A stretch of DNA of 64,000 bases from an uncultured delta proteobacterium (GCA_963815115.1 CAWFFN010000007.1:608001-672000); one strand, 5' to 3'. Shown: positions 49,012-59,810, counted from the first letter of the stretch. Notes: a model not told the origin generated them from the sequence alone. Program-made: numbers and translations.

Positions 49012-50177
49012 TCCGGAACGTCTACCAACTCGCCCTGAAGGAGTTCCTGCATCTGGTGCGCGACCGGCGCACGCTCGCCTTTCTCATCTTCATCCCCACC
49101 GTCCTCACCGTCATCTTCGGGTACGCCATCGGCAACCCCCGTGTCACGGGCGTCCGGACCCGCGTCCTCGACCTCGACGGCGGCCGCATCGCCTACGAGT
49201 ACGTCACCGCGATCGAGGACAGCCTCACCTTCAAGCCGGACGTCCGCGAGCACGCGACCGAGGGGGACGTCGCACAGGCCGAGGACGACCTGCTGCACGA
49301 TCGCATCAATGCCTTCGTCGTCCTTCCGCCCGGGCTCAGCCGCGCCCTCGACGACGGCCGCAGCGCGACCGTGCGCCTGGTGGTCGATGGCTCGGACACC
49401 TTCATGGCGCCCTCCGTGCACGGCGAGCTCGCCAAGACCACCGTGACGCAGAACACCTTCGTGGTGGCCAACATGCTCGAGCGCGAGGGCAAGGCGCGCA
49501 CCATCGAGGACGGCCTCACCCAGGCCGCGCCCATCCAGCTCGACACGACGTTTCGCTTCAACCCCGATCTGAAGAGCCAGAACTTCGTCATGCCGGGCGT
49601 CATCGGGCTCATCCTGCAGCTGCTCGCCGTCATCGTGATGGCGACCTCGATCGCGCGCGAACGCGAACGCGGCACCTTGGAGCAGCTCGCCGTCACGCCG
49701 CTGAGGCCGGCGGAGATCTTCATCGGCAAGCTCGTTCCCTACTTCGTCCTCGCGGTGCTCGACACGGTGAACGCCATGCTGGTGGCACGCTTCCTGTTCG
49801 GGGTCTCCCTCGCCGGGCACTACCCGGTCGTGGTGACCCTGCTCGTGGTCTTCATCCTGAGCTCGCTCGGGATCGGCCAGCTCATCTCGACGGTGTCGAA
49901 GAACCAGGGTCAGGCCGTCCTGCTCGCGGTCTTCTACATCATGCCGGCCTTCGTGCTCTCCGGAGCCTTCACTCCCATCGAGACGCAGCCCCAGAATGTC
50001 CGCCCGGCCTCGCTCCTCTTCCCGCTCACCTACTTCTGCCACGGCTTCCGCGCGGCGATCCTGCGCCAGGCGTCCTTCGCGGACGTCCGCGTCGATCTGC
50101 TCGCGTTGACGGCGTTCGTCCTCGTGACCTTCGGCGCATCGGTGCTGCTGCTGCGGATGCGACCGGACGTCCGCTGA
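49008..50177 (+). CDS. ABC-2 type exporter permease (YbhS/YbhR-like)
   Basis: KEFLHLVRDRR, RFNPDL, ARERERGTLEQL.VTP, LSG and PLTYF. ATGA overlap with the ATPase gene. Confidence 0.92.
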   Translation: MIRNVYQLALKEFLHLVRDRRTLAFLIFIPTVLTVIFGYAIGNPRVTGVRTRVLDLDGGRIAYEYVTAIEDSLTFKPDVREHATEGDVAQAEDDLLHDRINAFVVLPPGLSRALDDGRSATVRLVVDGSDTFMAPSVHGELAKTTVTQNTFVVANMLEREGKARTIEDGLTQAAPIQLDTTFRFNPDLKSQNFVMPGVIGLILQLLAVIVMATSIARERERGTLEQLAVTPLRPAEIFIGKLVPYFVLAVLDTVNAMLVARFLFGVSLAGHYPVVVTLLVVFILSSLGIGQLISTVSKNQGQAVLLAVFYIMPAFVLSGAFTPIETQPQNVRPASLLFPLTYFCHGFRAAILRQASFADVRVDLLALTAFVLVTFGASVLLLRMRPDVR

Positions 50178-50197
50178 GCTCGCGACCCGAGACGGCG

Positions 50198-50698
50198 TCA
50201 CTCCAAGGAGACGCCGGTGACCGCGAACCACTTCTCCTCGCTGCCGGCGATGACGAAGACGATGGGCGCGACGCACTCCCCGGGGAGCTGGAGCTGCGCG
50301 TCGATGTCGGCGTTGCCCGAGGGGGTGGCCGGGAACCCGGCGGTCGTGATGTTCATCGTGACGATCTGCCCGCTCTCTTCCACCAGGCAGCTCAGGACCG
50401 CGCGGAACTGATCCTCGTCGTTCTTTCCCCGGAGCTCCGGCGGCACCTCGGGATCGTCGGTGAACACGAGGCCGCGCACCCGGATGCGCAGGTGGCCACG
50501 ATTGGTGAGCCGGCCGGAGACTCCGGCGATCCTCCAGGGCAGCTCGTCGCCGATCAGATCGCGGATCGGATTGGCGCCGACGAACGCCTCGTCCACGCCG
50601 TACATGGTGTGGAAATCCATCACCACGCGGTTGCGATCCTTGGCGTGTGCCGCACTCACGGTGACCAGCAGGCAGAGCAACATGACGACCTTCTTCAT
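50198..50698 (-). CDS. Hypothetical secreted protein
   Basis: MKKVVMLLCLLVTVSAAHA signal peptide after GGAGG. Beta-rich body with two Cys. Confidence 0.75.
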   Translation of the reverse strand: MKKVVMLLCLLVTVSAAHAKDRNRVVMDFHTMYGVDEAFVGANPIRDLIGDELPWRIAGVSGRLTNRGHLRIRVRGLVFTDDPEVPPELRGKNDEDQFRAVLSCLVEESGQIVTMNITTAGFPATPSGNADIDAQLQLPGECVAPIVFVIAGSEEKWFAVTGVSLE

Positions 50699-51016
50699 CA
50701 GGCGTTCCTCCCGTTTGGATGGCGGTATGCGGATCGGACCCCTCGATCGCCGGTCAGAGGACGCGCGGCTCCGGCGGACTCCGCGCCCGGTGCGGAACCG
50801 GTGGCAGCGCCGTCGATCGTGTCGTCGGGACGTCGAGCATTCTTCGCCCGCGCAACCTCGTCCTGGCGTCCGCACGTCGACGCTCGGTGCAACCGCCACC
50901 CTCCGATTCGCCCCGCGTGGGACACCGGAGCCCTGCGTACGCCTCGACTCAGCTATGAGCGCCGCCAGAATGGTGTCAAGCCGCGATCTGCGATCGTCAC
51001 GGACGCCGGGAGGTGG

Positions 51017-51829
51017 CTACTCATGTCCGGATTGCCTGTCCGGATACCGGCTTGGTGGCACGCCGAACTCGGCGCGGAAGGTCCGGATGAAGTTCGACAG
51101 ATCCTCGAAGCCGACGTCGAGTGCGATGCTCGTGACCGGATCGCGCCGCGTCGCGAGCCGCCGCGCGGCCGCGCGCAGGCGAGCCCGCAGGAGCCACTGG
51201 TGGGGCGTGACCCCGGTCACGGCCCTGAACGTGCGGAGGAAATGGTACGGGCTCAGACCCGCGGTGTGCGCGAGCTCCGCCAGCGTGTGGCGCTCGTCGA
51301 TGCGAGCCTCCAGCCGACGGAGCACGCCGGCGATCCGGGCGCGATGCGACCGCACGGTGCTGGTCGGGTCCCGGCGCCGATCGTCGATCCCCCGGACGCC
51401 GGCGGCGGCGAGCTCCAGCGCGATCTCTTCCAGCGAGTCATGCCGTTCCATCGGGACGCGATCGCGATCGAAGGCACAGCGCGGCGCTCCGGCGTCGTGC
51501 GCGAGCCGCTCGAACAGGTCCGGATCGAACTGGAACGAGAGACACCGATCGCCCTCGCCGTGCTCGTGCGAGCATTCGAACGCCTGCCCGGCGTTTCCCA
51601 GGACGACGGCGCCGGACGACATCAGCGAGGAGCCGCGATCGGTGCGGTAGACGAAGGCTCCCGACAGCACGAGCGAGATGGTGACCGCCGCCTGTCGTTC
51701 CTCGAAGGGACGATCCCGGGGTCCCGACGTGCAGACCATGTCGACGACCTGCCACCCCTCGCCCGCCGCCACGACGGTGCCCGTGTTGGCGCCCTTCTCG
51801 CCCCGGTGCGCCTTGCGGCGGAGGGCCAT
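51017..51829 (-). CDS. AraC family transcriptional regulator (cupin + HTH)
   Basis: CTSGP.DRPFEE, C.HEHGEGDRC, LAELA..AGLSPYHFLR.F and GFEDLSNF.RTF. Start position approximate. Confidence 0.88.
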   Translation of the reverse strand: MALRRKAHRGEKGANTGTVVAAGEGWQVVDMVCTSGPRDRPFEERQAAVTISLVLSGAFVYRTDRGSSLMSSGAVVLGNAGQAFECSHEHGEGDRCLSFQFDPDLFERLAHDAGAPRCAFDRDRVPMERHDSLEEIALELAAAGVRGIDDRRRDPTSTVRSHRARIAGVLRRLEARIDERHTLAELAHTAGLSPYHFLRTFRAVTGVTPHQWLLRARLRAAARRLATRRDPVTSIALDVGFEDLSNFIRTFRAEFGVPPSRYPDRQSGHE

Positions 51830-51870
51830 CGCGAGCGGATCCGGGGTGGATGTGTGCGGCCAGTGCACGT

Positions 51871-52575
51871 TCAGCGGGGACCCCGAGGGCGCGCCGATCG
51901 GCGCCGGAGCTTGATCCGGTTGGTGGTGGCGTATCCGGCGCGTTCGAACGCGCGCCACATGTACCAGCTGGCCACGGTCCGGTACGGACGCCAGCGCTCG
52001 CCGAACGCGAGCAGCTCCTTCGCCGTGGGCATGTGCTTCTTGCCGTACGCGACGGCCCAGCCTTTCCGGACGCCGAGATCGTGAACGGGAAGGACGTCGG
52101 GGCGGCCGAGCCGGAAGATCAGGAACATCTCGACCGACCAGACACCGATGCCACGGACCGAGACCAGCCGATCGACCAGCTCCTGGTCGGACATCGCCCG
52201 GGCCTGCGCGAGAGTCGGCACGACGCCCGCCAGCGTCTTGCGGGCGAGGTCCTTCATCGCGAGTACCTTCGCACCGGAGAGACCCGCCTTGCGCAGGACC
52301 GGCCTGCGCAGCCCGAGCATCTCCTCCGGCGTGGGCAGCTTGCCGTTGCGACCGAGCGCCCGGACGCGAGCGAAGATCGTGGCCGCCGCCTTTCCCGAGA
52401 TTGATTGATGGGTGATCGCCTCGACGAGCGCTTCGTAGGGAGAGTGCAGGCCGCGGAACTCGAGCTCGAACGCGCGCGTCTCGTCGATCAGGCGCTCGAG
52501 ACACTGGTCCCCCGCGGCGAGGCACTCGATCGCCGCGGCGACATCGAAGGGAAGCGTCCGGCTCCGCGCAGCCAT
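51871..52575 (-). CDS. alkA: DNA-3-methyladenine glycosylase II (AlkA/HhH-GPD)
   Basis: I..Q.ISGKAA, GLSGAK, RGIGVWS (HhH), PDVLP.DLG and WRPYRT.A.WY. Confidence 0.9.
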   Translation of the reverse strand: MAARSRTLPFDVAAAIECLAAGDQCLERLIDETRAFELEFRGLHSPYEALVEAITHQSISGKAAATIFARVRALGRNGKLPTPEEMLGLRRPVLRKAGLSGAKVLAMKDLARKTLAGVVPTLAQARAMSDQELVDRLVSVRGIGVWSVEMFLIFRLGRPDVLPVHDLGVRKGWAVAYGKKHMPTAKELLAFGERWRPYRTVASWYMWRAFERAGYATTNRIKLRRRSARPRGPR

Positions 52576-52808
52576 GCCCGAATCTCCCGATCGGCGACGG
52601 CACGGTCAACCGGCCTGCGTCGGCGAATCGATGTCGCAGTCCCGCCCGTTCCTCTCCCGGCGGTCGTAGGACGGCTCGCAGGATCGCGCGATCCGGCTCT
52701 GCCCGCGTGCAGTTCGGCGCCTCGACGGCGCCGAGACGCATCGTCCCAGGCATCTCGTAACAGGTTATCCGTTGACGCGAACGCGCCGGTATGTACACGA
52801 CGAGCATC

Positions 52809-55085
52809 ATGCGCTCTCGCACCGCAGCCGTCGCATCGATCCTGGCACTCGCCCTGGCCACGACGCTCGTCGCACCCATTCCCGCGCACGCCCGGAAGCT
52901 CCAGTGGTCCCGGAGCCTGCCGAAGTGCGAGCCGCCGGCCGTGTTCTACTCGTCGAAGCACCGGGCCGGCAGCCTGCCGTGCTGTCCGGCCGTCGAGGGC
53001 GTGTGCGCCGGCGGGCTGGCGTGTCCGGCGAGCGGCGTCTGTGCGGGCGACGGCAAGGCCTGCGCGGCGTCACCCATCGTCCCGCGACCGAACGTGGTCC
53101 TGTTCATCTCGGACGATCAGGGTTCCTGCGACTACGGCACCGCGGGCGAGTGTCGCAGCGTGCAGTCCGGCACGCCGATCCCGCCGCCCTCCACACCCAA
53201 TCTCGATCTCCTCGCCGGCTACGGCACGATCTTCCCGATCGCGCACAACACCGCGTCCTGGTGCTTTCCGTCCCTCGCCACGATCGTCACGGGCCGCTAC
53301 CAGAAGAGCTTCGTCCGCAAGGGCAAGGTCGGCGAGAAGTTCGTCACCATCCCGAAGGCCCTGCACACCCTCGGCGACGATCCCAGCGCGCCGATCGATC
53401 CCTTCAACAGCCGCAACCGCGTCGGCGGGTACTGCACGTTCCTGGGCGGCAAGTTCACCGCCTCGACGGGTGATGCCGGGTTCGACGCGCTCGCGCGCGG
53501 CCGCAAGCTCGGGCGCACCGACTGCGTCGCCGGGCCGCCCGGCAGCCCTCCCCGTTGCGGCTCGCAGACCACGCCGTCGTTCTACAGCCCCGCGACGATC
53601 GTCAACATGGAAGACCTCTTCACGTTCACCGAGAGCCTCTTCCTGCGCGTCCCGGGGGTCACGCCCGCCGCGTACACGATGCAGCACTTCTTCGCCTGGG
53701 TCGCGCCCCGCGTCCCGCACCAGCCCCTCACCGCGCCGGACGCCATCCAGAGCTACCTCTTCGGCGGCGTGGAGCCGCCGGCGCTGGGCGGCCTCCTCCA
53801 GCTCGGCAAGTACTGCACCGGTGGCGCCTGTCCGCCGATGGTGAACGCCTTCCGCGAATCCAACTTCGGCAACCAGTACGAGTACTACGCCAACCTCTGG
53901 TGGGTGGACGACAGCGTCCGGGAGGTCCGGGAGTATCTCGTGCGCGCGGGCGCGCCGCACTGCATCGGCACCGATGGCCAGGGCCGCTACGAGGTGTCCG
54001 ACCCGGCGAAGTGTCCGGGGACGTGGGCGTCGAGCGTGTCGCCGGATCTCAGTCGCAACACCGTCATGATCTACATGAGCGACAACGGCTGGTTCCTGCC
54101 CAACTCGAAGCACGTGTTCACCGAGAACGGCTACCGCACCCGGATGATCGTCTTCGACCCGCGCACGCTGCCCTCCGTGCCGGGGTGGGACGGCACCCAG
54201 CAGACGCCGCCGCCCGCGAACGAGACCCTCGAGCTCGCGCACTCGACGGACGTGCTTCCCACCGCGCTGGGATACGCCATCGGCTCGCCGGGCTCGCAAG
54301 CCTGCCCGCTCAGTCCCGATGGCTCTCGCTGCGACGGCAAGGACCTGCGGCCGTACGTCTTCCCGGCGAGCGCCGGGAGCGGCCCCGGCGTCCCGTTACG
54401 CCACTCCCTCTGCGGCCATCATACCCAGCGGCCGACGTCGCCGACGACGCAGCGCTATCTCCTCACGCGCCCGGGCAGCGTGGGGCGCTGCACGAATCTC
54501 GCGGCGCCGGCCTGCGCGACGGACGCCGCGTGCGGCCCCGGCGCCACCTGCCTCGGCGGTCACTGCGCGTCGGGCACCGAGGAGGTTTGTGCGGGCTCCG
54601 GACAGTGCGCCGCGGGCGCGAAGTGCCTCGGTGGCCGATGCCGTGTCGCGCCGGCGTGCGTCGACGACGCCACCTGTGCGGCGTTGTTCCCCGGCGGCCA
54701 GTTCGCCTGCGTCGAGCCGGAGACCAGATGGTGCCGCAACGCGCCCGCCGTTCGCTGCGGCAGCAACGCCGACTGCCCGGTCTGCCCGGCCGGTCCGGGC
54801 CCGACGCCGCCGCCCTGCGCGCGCCTGTGCGAAGCCCGCCAGCTGAAGCTCTACATCTCGGCGCCCGCGCTCGAGCTGACCGATCTCTTCCTCGATCCGG
54901 ACGAGCACGGCCTGCACGCCGGCATCGAGGGCGAGGGCACGATCGCCCACGACCTGTCGCAGCCGGGCGGCTACACGAGCACCATGTCGCGGCTCGAGTG
55001 CTGCGTCGACAGCTGGTGGCCAGAAGGAGCGAACGGCAGCACGTGCAGCGGCGGCTGTCCGGCGGACTTCGTCTGCAACCAGTGA
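52809..55085 (+). CDS. Secreted Cys-rich sulfatase-fold protein with atypical active-site motif
   Basis: Signal peptide ending AHA, PNVVLFISDDQG, TPNLD.LA, CFPSL...TGRY, PHQP and MSDNG. Many Cys-rich inserts. Confidence 0.8.
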   Translation: MRSRTAAVASILALALATTLVAPIPAHARKLQWSRSLPKCEPPAVFYSSKHRAGSLPCCPAVEGVCAGGLACPASGVCAGDGKACAASPIVPRPNVVLFISDDQGSCDYGTAGECRSVQSGTPIPPPSTPNLDLLAGYGTIFPIAHNTASWCFPSLATIVTGRYQKSFVRKGKVGEKFVTIPKALHTLGDDPSAPIDPFNSRNRVGGYCTFLGGKFTASTGDAGFDALARGRKLGRTDCVAGPPGSPPRCGSQTTPSFYSPATIVNMEDLFTFTESLFLRVPGVTPAAYTMQHFFAWVAPRVPHQPLTAPDAIQSYLFGGVEPPALGGLLQLGKYCTGGACPPMVNAFRESNFGNQYEYYANLWWVDDSVREVREYLVRAGAPHCIGTDGQGRYEVSDPAKCPGTWASSVSPDLSRNTVMIYMSDNGWFLPNSKHVFTENGYRTRMIVFDPRTLPSVPGWDGTQQTPPPANETLELAHSTDVLPTALGYAIGSPGSQACPLSPDGSRCDGKDLRPYVFPASAGSGPGVPLRHSLCGHHTQRPTSPTTQRYLLTRPGSVGRCTNLAAPACATDAACGPGATCLGGHCASGTEEVCAGSGQCAAGAKCLGGRCRVAPACVDDATCAALFPGGQFACVEPETRWCRNAPAVRCGSNADCPVCPAGPGPTPPPCARLCEARQLKLYISAPALELTDLFLDPDEHGLHAGIEGEGTIAHDLSQPGGYTSTMSRLECCVDSWWPEGANGSTCSGGCPADFVCNQ

Positions 55086-55245
55086 CCCCGGACGGGCGAT
55101 CTCGGCGGTGATCGAGCAACGCGGCTGACCGGAGCGACCGGGCCCGCTCGCCCGCCCTTGTGGCGAGGCGCCAGCGAGAGCAGGGATTGTCGGATGATGA
55201 AGGCGATCCTGCGTGCCAGTCGTCATGTCGTCGTCGCGGCCAAGG

Positions 55246-55329
55246 GAGTTCCCGACCCGCCAGCGCCCGGGCAGCTTCACCATCGACGAGGCGCTCGAGG
55301 CGCCGAGCAAGGCCTCCGAGCAGCACTGA
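55246..55329 (+). pseudogene. Orphan C-terminal tail of an arylsulfatase gene
   Basis: Reads EFPTRQRPGSFTIDEALE...stop, resembling the EFPPRQxPxSFxID C-terminus of arylsulfatases. No upstream gene body. Confidence 0.55.
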
Positions 55330-55349
55330 TCGATGGAAGGAGACGGGTA

Positions 55350-56834
55350 GTGACTCGTTCGAGAATCGTTGGCCTGCTCGCATGCGTCGCAGTCGGTGCG
55401 ACCGCTCTGTCCGTACAGGCCGCATCCACTCTGCCCAACATCGTCGTCATCCTCGCCGATGACCTCGGTAATGCCGACCTCGGCTATCGCGGCGGTGAGA
55501 TCCATACGCCCAACATCGACGCACTGGCGAACGGCGGAGTGCGGCTGGAGTCGTTCTACGGCCAGCCCGTCTGCACGCCGGCACGCGCTGCGCTGATGAC
55601 CGGGCGGTATCCGATGCGCTATGGCCTGCAGACCCTGGTGATCTTTCCCAGCCACACCTACGGCCTGCCGACCGACGAGCGCACCCTGCCACAGGCTCTC
55701 AAGGAGGTCGGCTACCAGACGGCGATGGTCGGCAAATGGCACCTCGGTCATGCCGACAGGAAGTACTGGCCGCAGAACCGCGGCTTCGACTATTTCTACG
55801 GCAACGTCGTCGGCGAGGTCGACTACTTCACCCGGGAACGTGGCGGAGTGGTCGACTGGCAACGCAACGGGAAGTTCCTGAAGGAGCCCGGATATTACAC
55901 GGAGCTCATCGGGAACGATGCCGTGCGCATCATCGAGACCCACGATACCTCGAAGCCGCTGTTCCTCTACGTCGCTTCGCTGGCGCCGCACGCTCCGTAC
56001 CAGGCGCCCCAGAAGTACGTCGATGCGTACAAGGACGCGATCAAGGATCCGATGCGGCGGACCTATGCCGGCATGATCACCGCGCTCGACGACCAGGTCG
56101 GGCGGATCGTTGCGGCGCTCAAACAAAAGAAGATGCTCGACAACACGATCATCGTGTTCTCCGCCGACAACGGAGGTGCGACCAGCGCGCTGTTCGCCAC
56201 CGGCGCCAGATCCCCGGAGGAGCGCGAGGAGAGCGGCGGCGTGGAGCTCGGCGCCAAGCCGCCGGCTTCGAACGGCAACCTCCGCGGCGGGAAGGGGAGC
56301 CTGCACGAGGGCGGCGTGCGCGTGCCGACCATCGTCTACTGGCCGGCGAAGCTCAAGCCTGCCGTCGTCAACGAGGCGCTGCACATGGTGGACGTGATGC
56401 CCACCCTGCTGGCGCTGGCCGGCGCCCAGGGCAGCCCCGATCATCCCTTCGACGGCAAGGACATGTGGCCGACGCTGGCCGAGGGGAAGCCGTCGCCGAA
56501 CGAGGACATCCTGATCAACGTCGAGCCGTTCCGCGGCGCCATCCGCAAGGGCAACTGGAAGCTCGTCCAGATCGCCCTGCTGCCAGGCAAGGTGGAGCTG
56601 TTCGACCTGGCGCAGGACCCCGGCGAGAAGAACAACGTCGCCGATGCCAATCCCGAAGTCGTCAAGGACCTGCAGGCGCGCCTGCTGCGCTACGCGCAGG
56701 AGCAGGCGCCGGACCAATGGATCAAGGCGCAGCCAGCGTTCCTGGGAGCGCAAGGCAAGACCGTGCTCGATCCCGACTTCGACATCGACGACGGTGGTCT
56801 GCCGCATGAGAAGCCGGTCCTTCCCGCAAACTGA
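55350..56834 (+). CDS. Secreted arylsulfatase (ARSB-like)
   Basis: GTG after GGAAGGAG, signal peptide, [31 protein letters not shown] and KGSLHEGG. Confidence 0.95.
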   Translation: MTRSRIVGLLACVAVGATALSVQAASTLPNIVVILADDLGNADLGYRGGEIHTPNIDALANGGVRLESFYGQPVCTPARAALMTGRYPMRYGLQTLVIFPSHTYGLPTDERTLPQALKEVGYQTAMVGKWHLGHADRKYWPQNRGFDYFYGNVVGEVDYFTRERGGVVDWQRNGKFLKEPGYYTELIGNDAVRIIETHDTSKPLFLYVASLAPHAPYQAPQKYVDAYKDAIKDPMRRTYAGMITALDDQVGRIVAALKQKKMLDNTIIVFSADNGGATSALFATGARSPEEREESGGVELGAKPPASNGNLRGGKGSLHEGGVRVPTIVYWPAKLKPAVVNEALHMVDVMPTLLALAGAQGSPDHPFDGKDMWPTLAEGKPSPNEDILINVEPFRGAIRKGNWKLVQIALLPGKVELFDLAQDPGEKNNVADANPEVVKDLQARLLRYAQEQAPDQWIKAQPAFLGAQGKTVLDPDFDIDDGGLPHEKPVLPAN

Positions 56835-56853
56835 AGCCACGCAAGGAGGAAAC

Positions 56854-57102
56854 ATGACGCCAAAACTGGCGGCCGAGTTTCTGGGCACGTTCTGGCTGGT
56901 TCTTGGAGGATGCGGCAGTGCCGTACTGGCGGCGACCTTCCCCGGCGTCGGGATCGGTCTGCTCGGCGTCTCGCTCGCGTTCGGGCTCACCGTGCTGACG
57001 GGGGCGTACGCCTTTGGCCCGATCTCGGGCGGCCATTTCAATCCTGCCGTCTCGGTCGGGTTGTGGGCCGGCGGCCGCTTCCCGGGTGCGCAGCTGATCC
57101 CC
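56854..57102 (+). pseudogene. aqpZ: Truncated aquaporin Z (N-terminal third), fused in frame to the next ORF
   Basis: [49 protein letters not shown].. stops resembling AqpZ after RFP...IP. Only one NPA motif. Confidence 0.88.
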
Positions 57103-57123
57103 TCCAATCGAAGGAGCACGAAC

Positions 57124-57363
57124 ATGCGTACGATCTGGACATCGATGGTAGCACTGGCCGCAACGCTGACGCTGGCGGGCGTCGCTCATGCCGGGGTGGT
57201 CGACCCGCATTGCACGGTCGGCAAGGCCGCGAAGGGTGCGGCGGAGAGGTCCACTGTTGGCGTCGGGAACCGCTGCAAACCGGCGAAGACTGCAAAGGAT
57301 GCCGTGGGCATCGACAACAAGAAGAAGCCTGGCAAGAGCGACGGTCCGCTCAACAATAGGTGA
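57124..57363 (+). CDS. Small secreted basic protein with two Cys
   Basis: Own RBS AAGGAG, signal peptide ending AHA, Lys-rich 79-aa product. Confidence 0.7.
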   Translation: MRTIWTSMVALAATLTLAGVAHAGVVDPHCTVGKAAKGAAERSTVGVGNRCKPAKTAKDAVGIDNKKKPGKSDGPLNNR

Positions 57364-57437
57364 GGCAACGTCGGCGAAGCCGAATCCGGCGACGACGATG
57401 TGGGCACCTTGATGCACCGCAGCGTGGAGGAACCGCT

Positions 57438-59810
57438 ATGAGGAGTCTTCGGCTCGCGGGTGTCGGGGTCCTGTATTGCCTCGGCGTCCTCGCCACCCCG
57501 CAGGCATGCGCGGCCGCCGCTCCCACGGACGGGTCCGTCCTGCCGTTCCCGCCGACCCCGTCGGCAAGCGTCGCCGCGCCGAGGCTGCAGGATTCGAAGC
57601 ACCAGCGGCGCGTGGAGACGAGCAGGCTCCCGAAGGACGCTCCCAACATCCTCATCATTCTGCTCGACGACGTCGGCTTCGGCCTGCCCGACACCTACGG
57701 CGGGCCGGTCCATACGCCCACGCTCTCGCGCATCGCGAGCCAGGGCATCAGCTACAACGCCTTCCACACCACATCGATCTGCTCGCCGACGCGGGCATCG
57801 CTGCTCACCGGGCGCAACCACCAGCGGGTCGGTTCCGGAACCATCGCCGAGCGCGCGGTGGACTGGGACGGCTATACCGGCGTGATTCCCAGGACGTCCG
57901 CGACCCTGGCGAAGGTCCTCGGATACTACGGATACAAGACCGCCGCCTTCGGCAAGTGGCACAACACGCCCGCCACCGAGACCACGGCGATGGGGCCGTT
58001 CACCCTCTGGCCGACGGGTGAGGGCATCGGCTTCGACTACTTCTACGGCTTCCTCGCCGGCGAGACCTCGCAATGGGAGCCGCGGCTGGTCGAGAACTTC
58101 AACCCGGTCGAGCCGCCGCACGACGAGAAATACCACCTGAGCGAGGACCTGGCGGACAAGGCGATCACGTGGATGCGGAAGCACCGTGCGTTCTCGCCCG
58201 ACAAGCCGTTCTTCATGTACTGGGCGCCCGGCGCCGCGCACGGGCCGCACCACGTCTTCAAGGAGTGGGCAGACAAGTACAAGGGGAAGTTCGACGACGG
58301 CTGGGATGCCCTGCGCGAGCGCACCTTCCAGCGCCAGAAGGAGCTCGGCTGGATCCCCGCGGACACCAAGCTCACGCCACGGGCCGAGACCATGGCCGCG
58401 TGGGACAGCATCCCGGAGTCGGAGCGTCCCTTCCAGCTGCGGTTGATGGAGGTGTTCGCCGGCTTCGTCGAACACGTCGATGCCCAGGTCGGAAAAGTGA
58501 TCGACGAGCTGGACCGCCTCGGCATCCGCGACAACACGATCGTGATCTACATCTTCGGCGACAACGGCTCGAGCGCCGAAGGCCAGAACGGCACCATCAG
58601 CGAGCTGCTGGCACAGAACCAGATCCCCAACACCATCGCGCAGCAGCTCGCGGCGCTGAACGCGCTCGGCGGCCTCGACGCCCTGGGCGGACCGAAGGTG
58701 GACAACATGTACCACGCCGGCTGGGCCTGGGCCGGCGACACGCCGTTGCGCTACACGAAGCTGATCGCCTCGCACTTCGGCGGCACACGGAACCCGATGG
58801 CGATCTCGTGGCCGGCGCGCGTCAAGCCGGACAAGACGCCGCGGTCGCAGTTCCACCACGTGAACGACGTCGTGCCGACGATCTATGAAATACTCGGCAT
58901 CACGCCGCCGAAGGTGGTGGATGGCTTCCCGCAGGACCCGATCGACGGCACGAGCATGGTCTACACCTTCGCCGACGCCAAGGCGCCCGGGCGTAAGGCT
59001 ACCCAGTATTTCGACAACAACGGCAGCCGCGGCATCTACCACGACGGCTGGTATGCCTGCACATTCGGTCCCCTGACGCCGTGGCTCACGGTGAGCCCGG
59101 GTCTCGCCACCTGGGACTCGAGCAAGGACGTCTGGGAGCTCTACGACCTCAGGACCGACTTCTCGCAGGCCGACGACCTGGCGGCGAAGGAGTCCAAGCG
59201 GCTCGAAGAGATGAAGGCGTTGTTCCTGAAGGAAGCGAAGGCGAACAACGTCTTCCCGATCGGCGCCGGCATCTGGCTGCGCATCCACCCGGAAGATCGC
59301 GTCAAGACGCCGTACACGAGCTGGCAGTTCGACGCGACGACGATACGCATGCCCGAGTTCACCGCGCCGGGCCTGGGCCGCGAGAGCAACCACGTGACGG
59401 TCGACGCCGACCTGGGCGAGAACGCGTCGGGTGTGCTCTATGCGCTGGGCGGCGCCTCCGGAGGCCTCACGCTGTACATGGACAAGGGCGAGCTCGTCTA
59501 CGAGTACAACATGATGATCATCGAGCGTTACACCGCCCGCACGCAGGAGAAGCTGGCGCCCGGCAAGCACACGATCGAGGTGGACACGACGATCGCGAAG
59601 CCCGGCGCGCCGGCGGAGGTGGTGCTCACGGTCGACGGCAAGGAGGTCGCCCGCACGACGGTCCAGCGCACCGTGCCTGCGGCCTTCACAGCGAGCGAAA
59701 CCTTCGACGTCGGGGTCGATCTCGGCTCGCCGGTGTCGCTCGACTATTTCGATCGGAGGCCGTTCCGGTTCGACGGGACGATCGCCGCAGTCAACGTGCA
59801 CCTGAAGTAA
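57438..59810 (+). CDS. Secreted arylsulfatase (large AtsA/AtsD-like) with C-terminal beta-sandwich
   Basis: PNILIILLDDVG, CSPTR, GKWH, HGPH, GDNG and WELYDL..DFSQ. ATG at 57438 after GGAGG. Confidence 0.95.
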   Translation: MRSLRLAGVGVLYCLGVLATPQACAAAAPTDGSVLPFPPTPSASVAAPRLQDSKHQRRVETSRLPKDAPNILIILLDDVGFGLPDTYGGPVHTPTLSRIASQGISYNAFHTTSICSPTRASLLTGRNHQRVGSGTIAERAVDWDGYTGVIPRTSATLAKVLGYYGYKTAAFGKWHNTPATETTAMGPFTLWPTGEGIGFDYFYGFLAGETSQWEPRLVENFNPVEPPHDEKYHLSEDLADKAITWMRKHRAFSPDKPFFMYWAPGAAHGPHHVFKEWADKYKGKFDDGWDALRERTFQRQKELGWIPADTKLTPRAETMAAWDSIPESERPFQLRLMEVFAGFVEHVDAQVGKVIDELDRLGIRDNTIVIYIFGDNGSSAEGQNGTISELLAQNQIPNTIAQQLAALNALGGLDALGGPKVDNMYHAGWAWAGDTPLRYTKLIASHFGGTRNPMAISWPARVKPDKTPRSQFHHVNDVVPTIYEILGITPPKVVDGFPQDPIDGTSMVYTFADAKAPGRKATQYFDNNGSRGIYHDGWYACTFGPLTPWLTVSPGLATWDSSKDVWELYDLRTDFSQADDLAAKESKRLEEMKALFLKEAKANNVFPIGAGIWLRIHPEDRVKTPYTSWQFDATTIRMPEFTAPGLGRESNHVTVDADLGENASGVLYALGGASGGLTLYMDKGELVYEYNMMIIERYTARTQEKLAPGKHTIEVDTTIAKPGAPAEVVLTVDGKEVARTTVQRTVPAAFTASETFDVGVDLGSPVSLDYFDRRPFRFDGTIAAVNVHLK

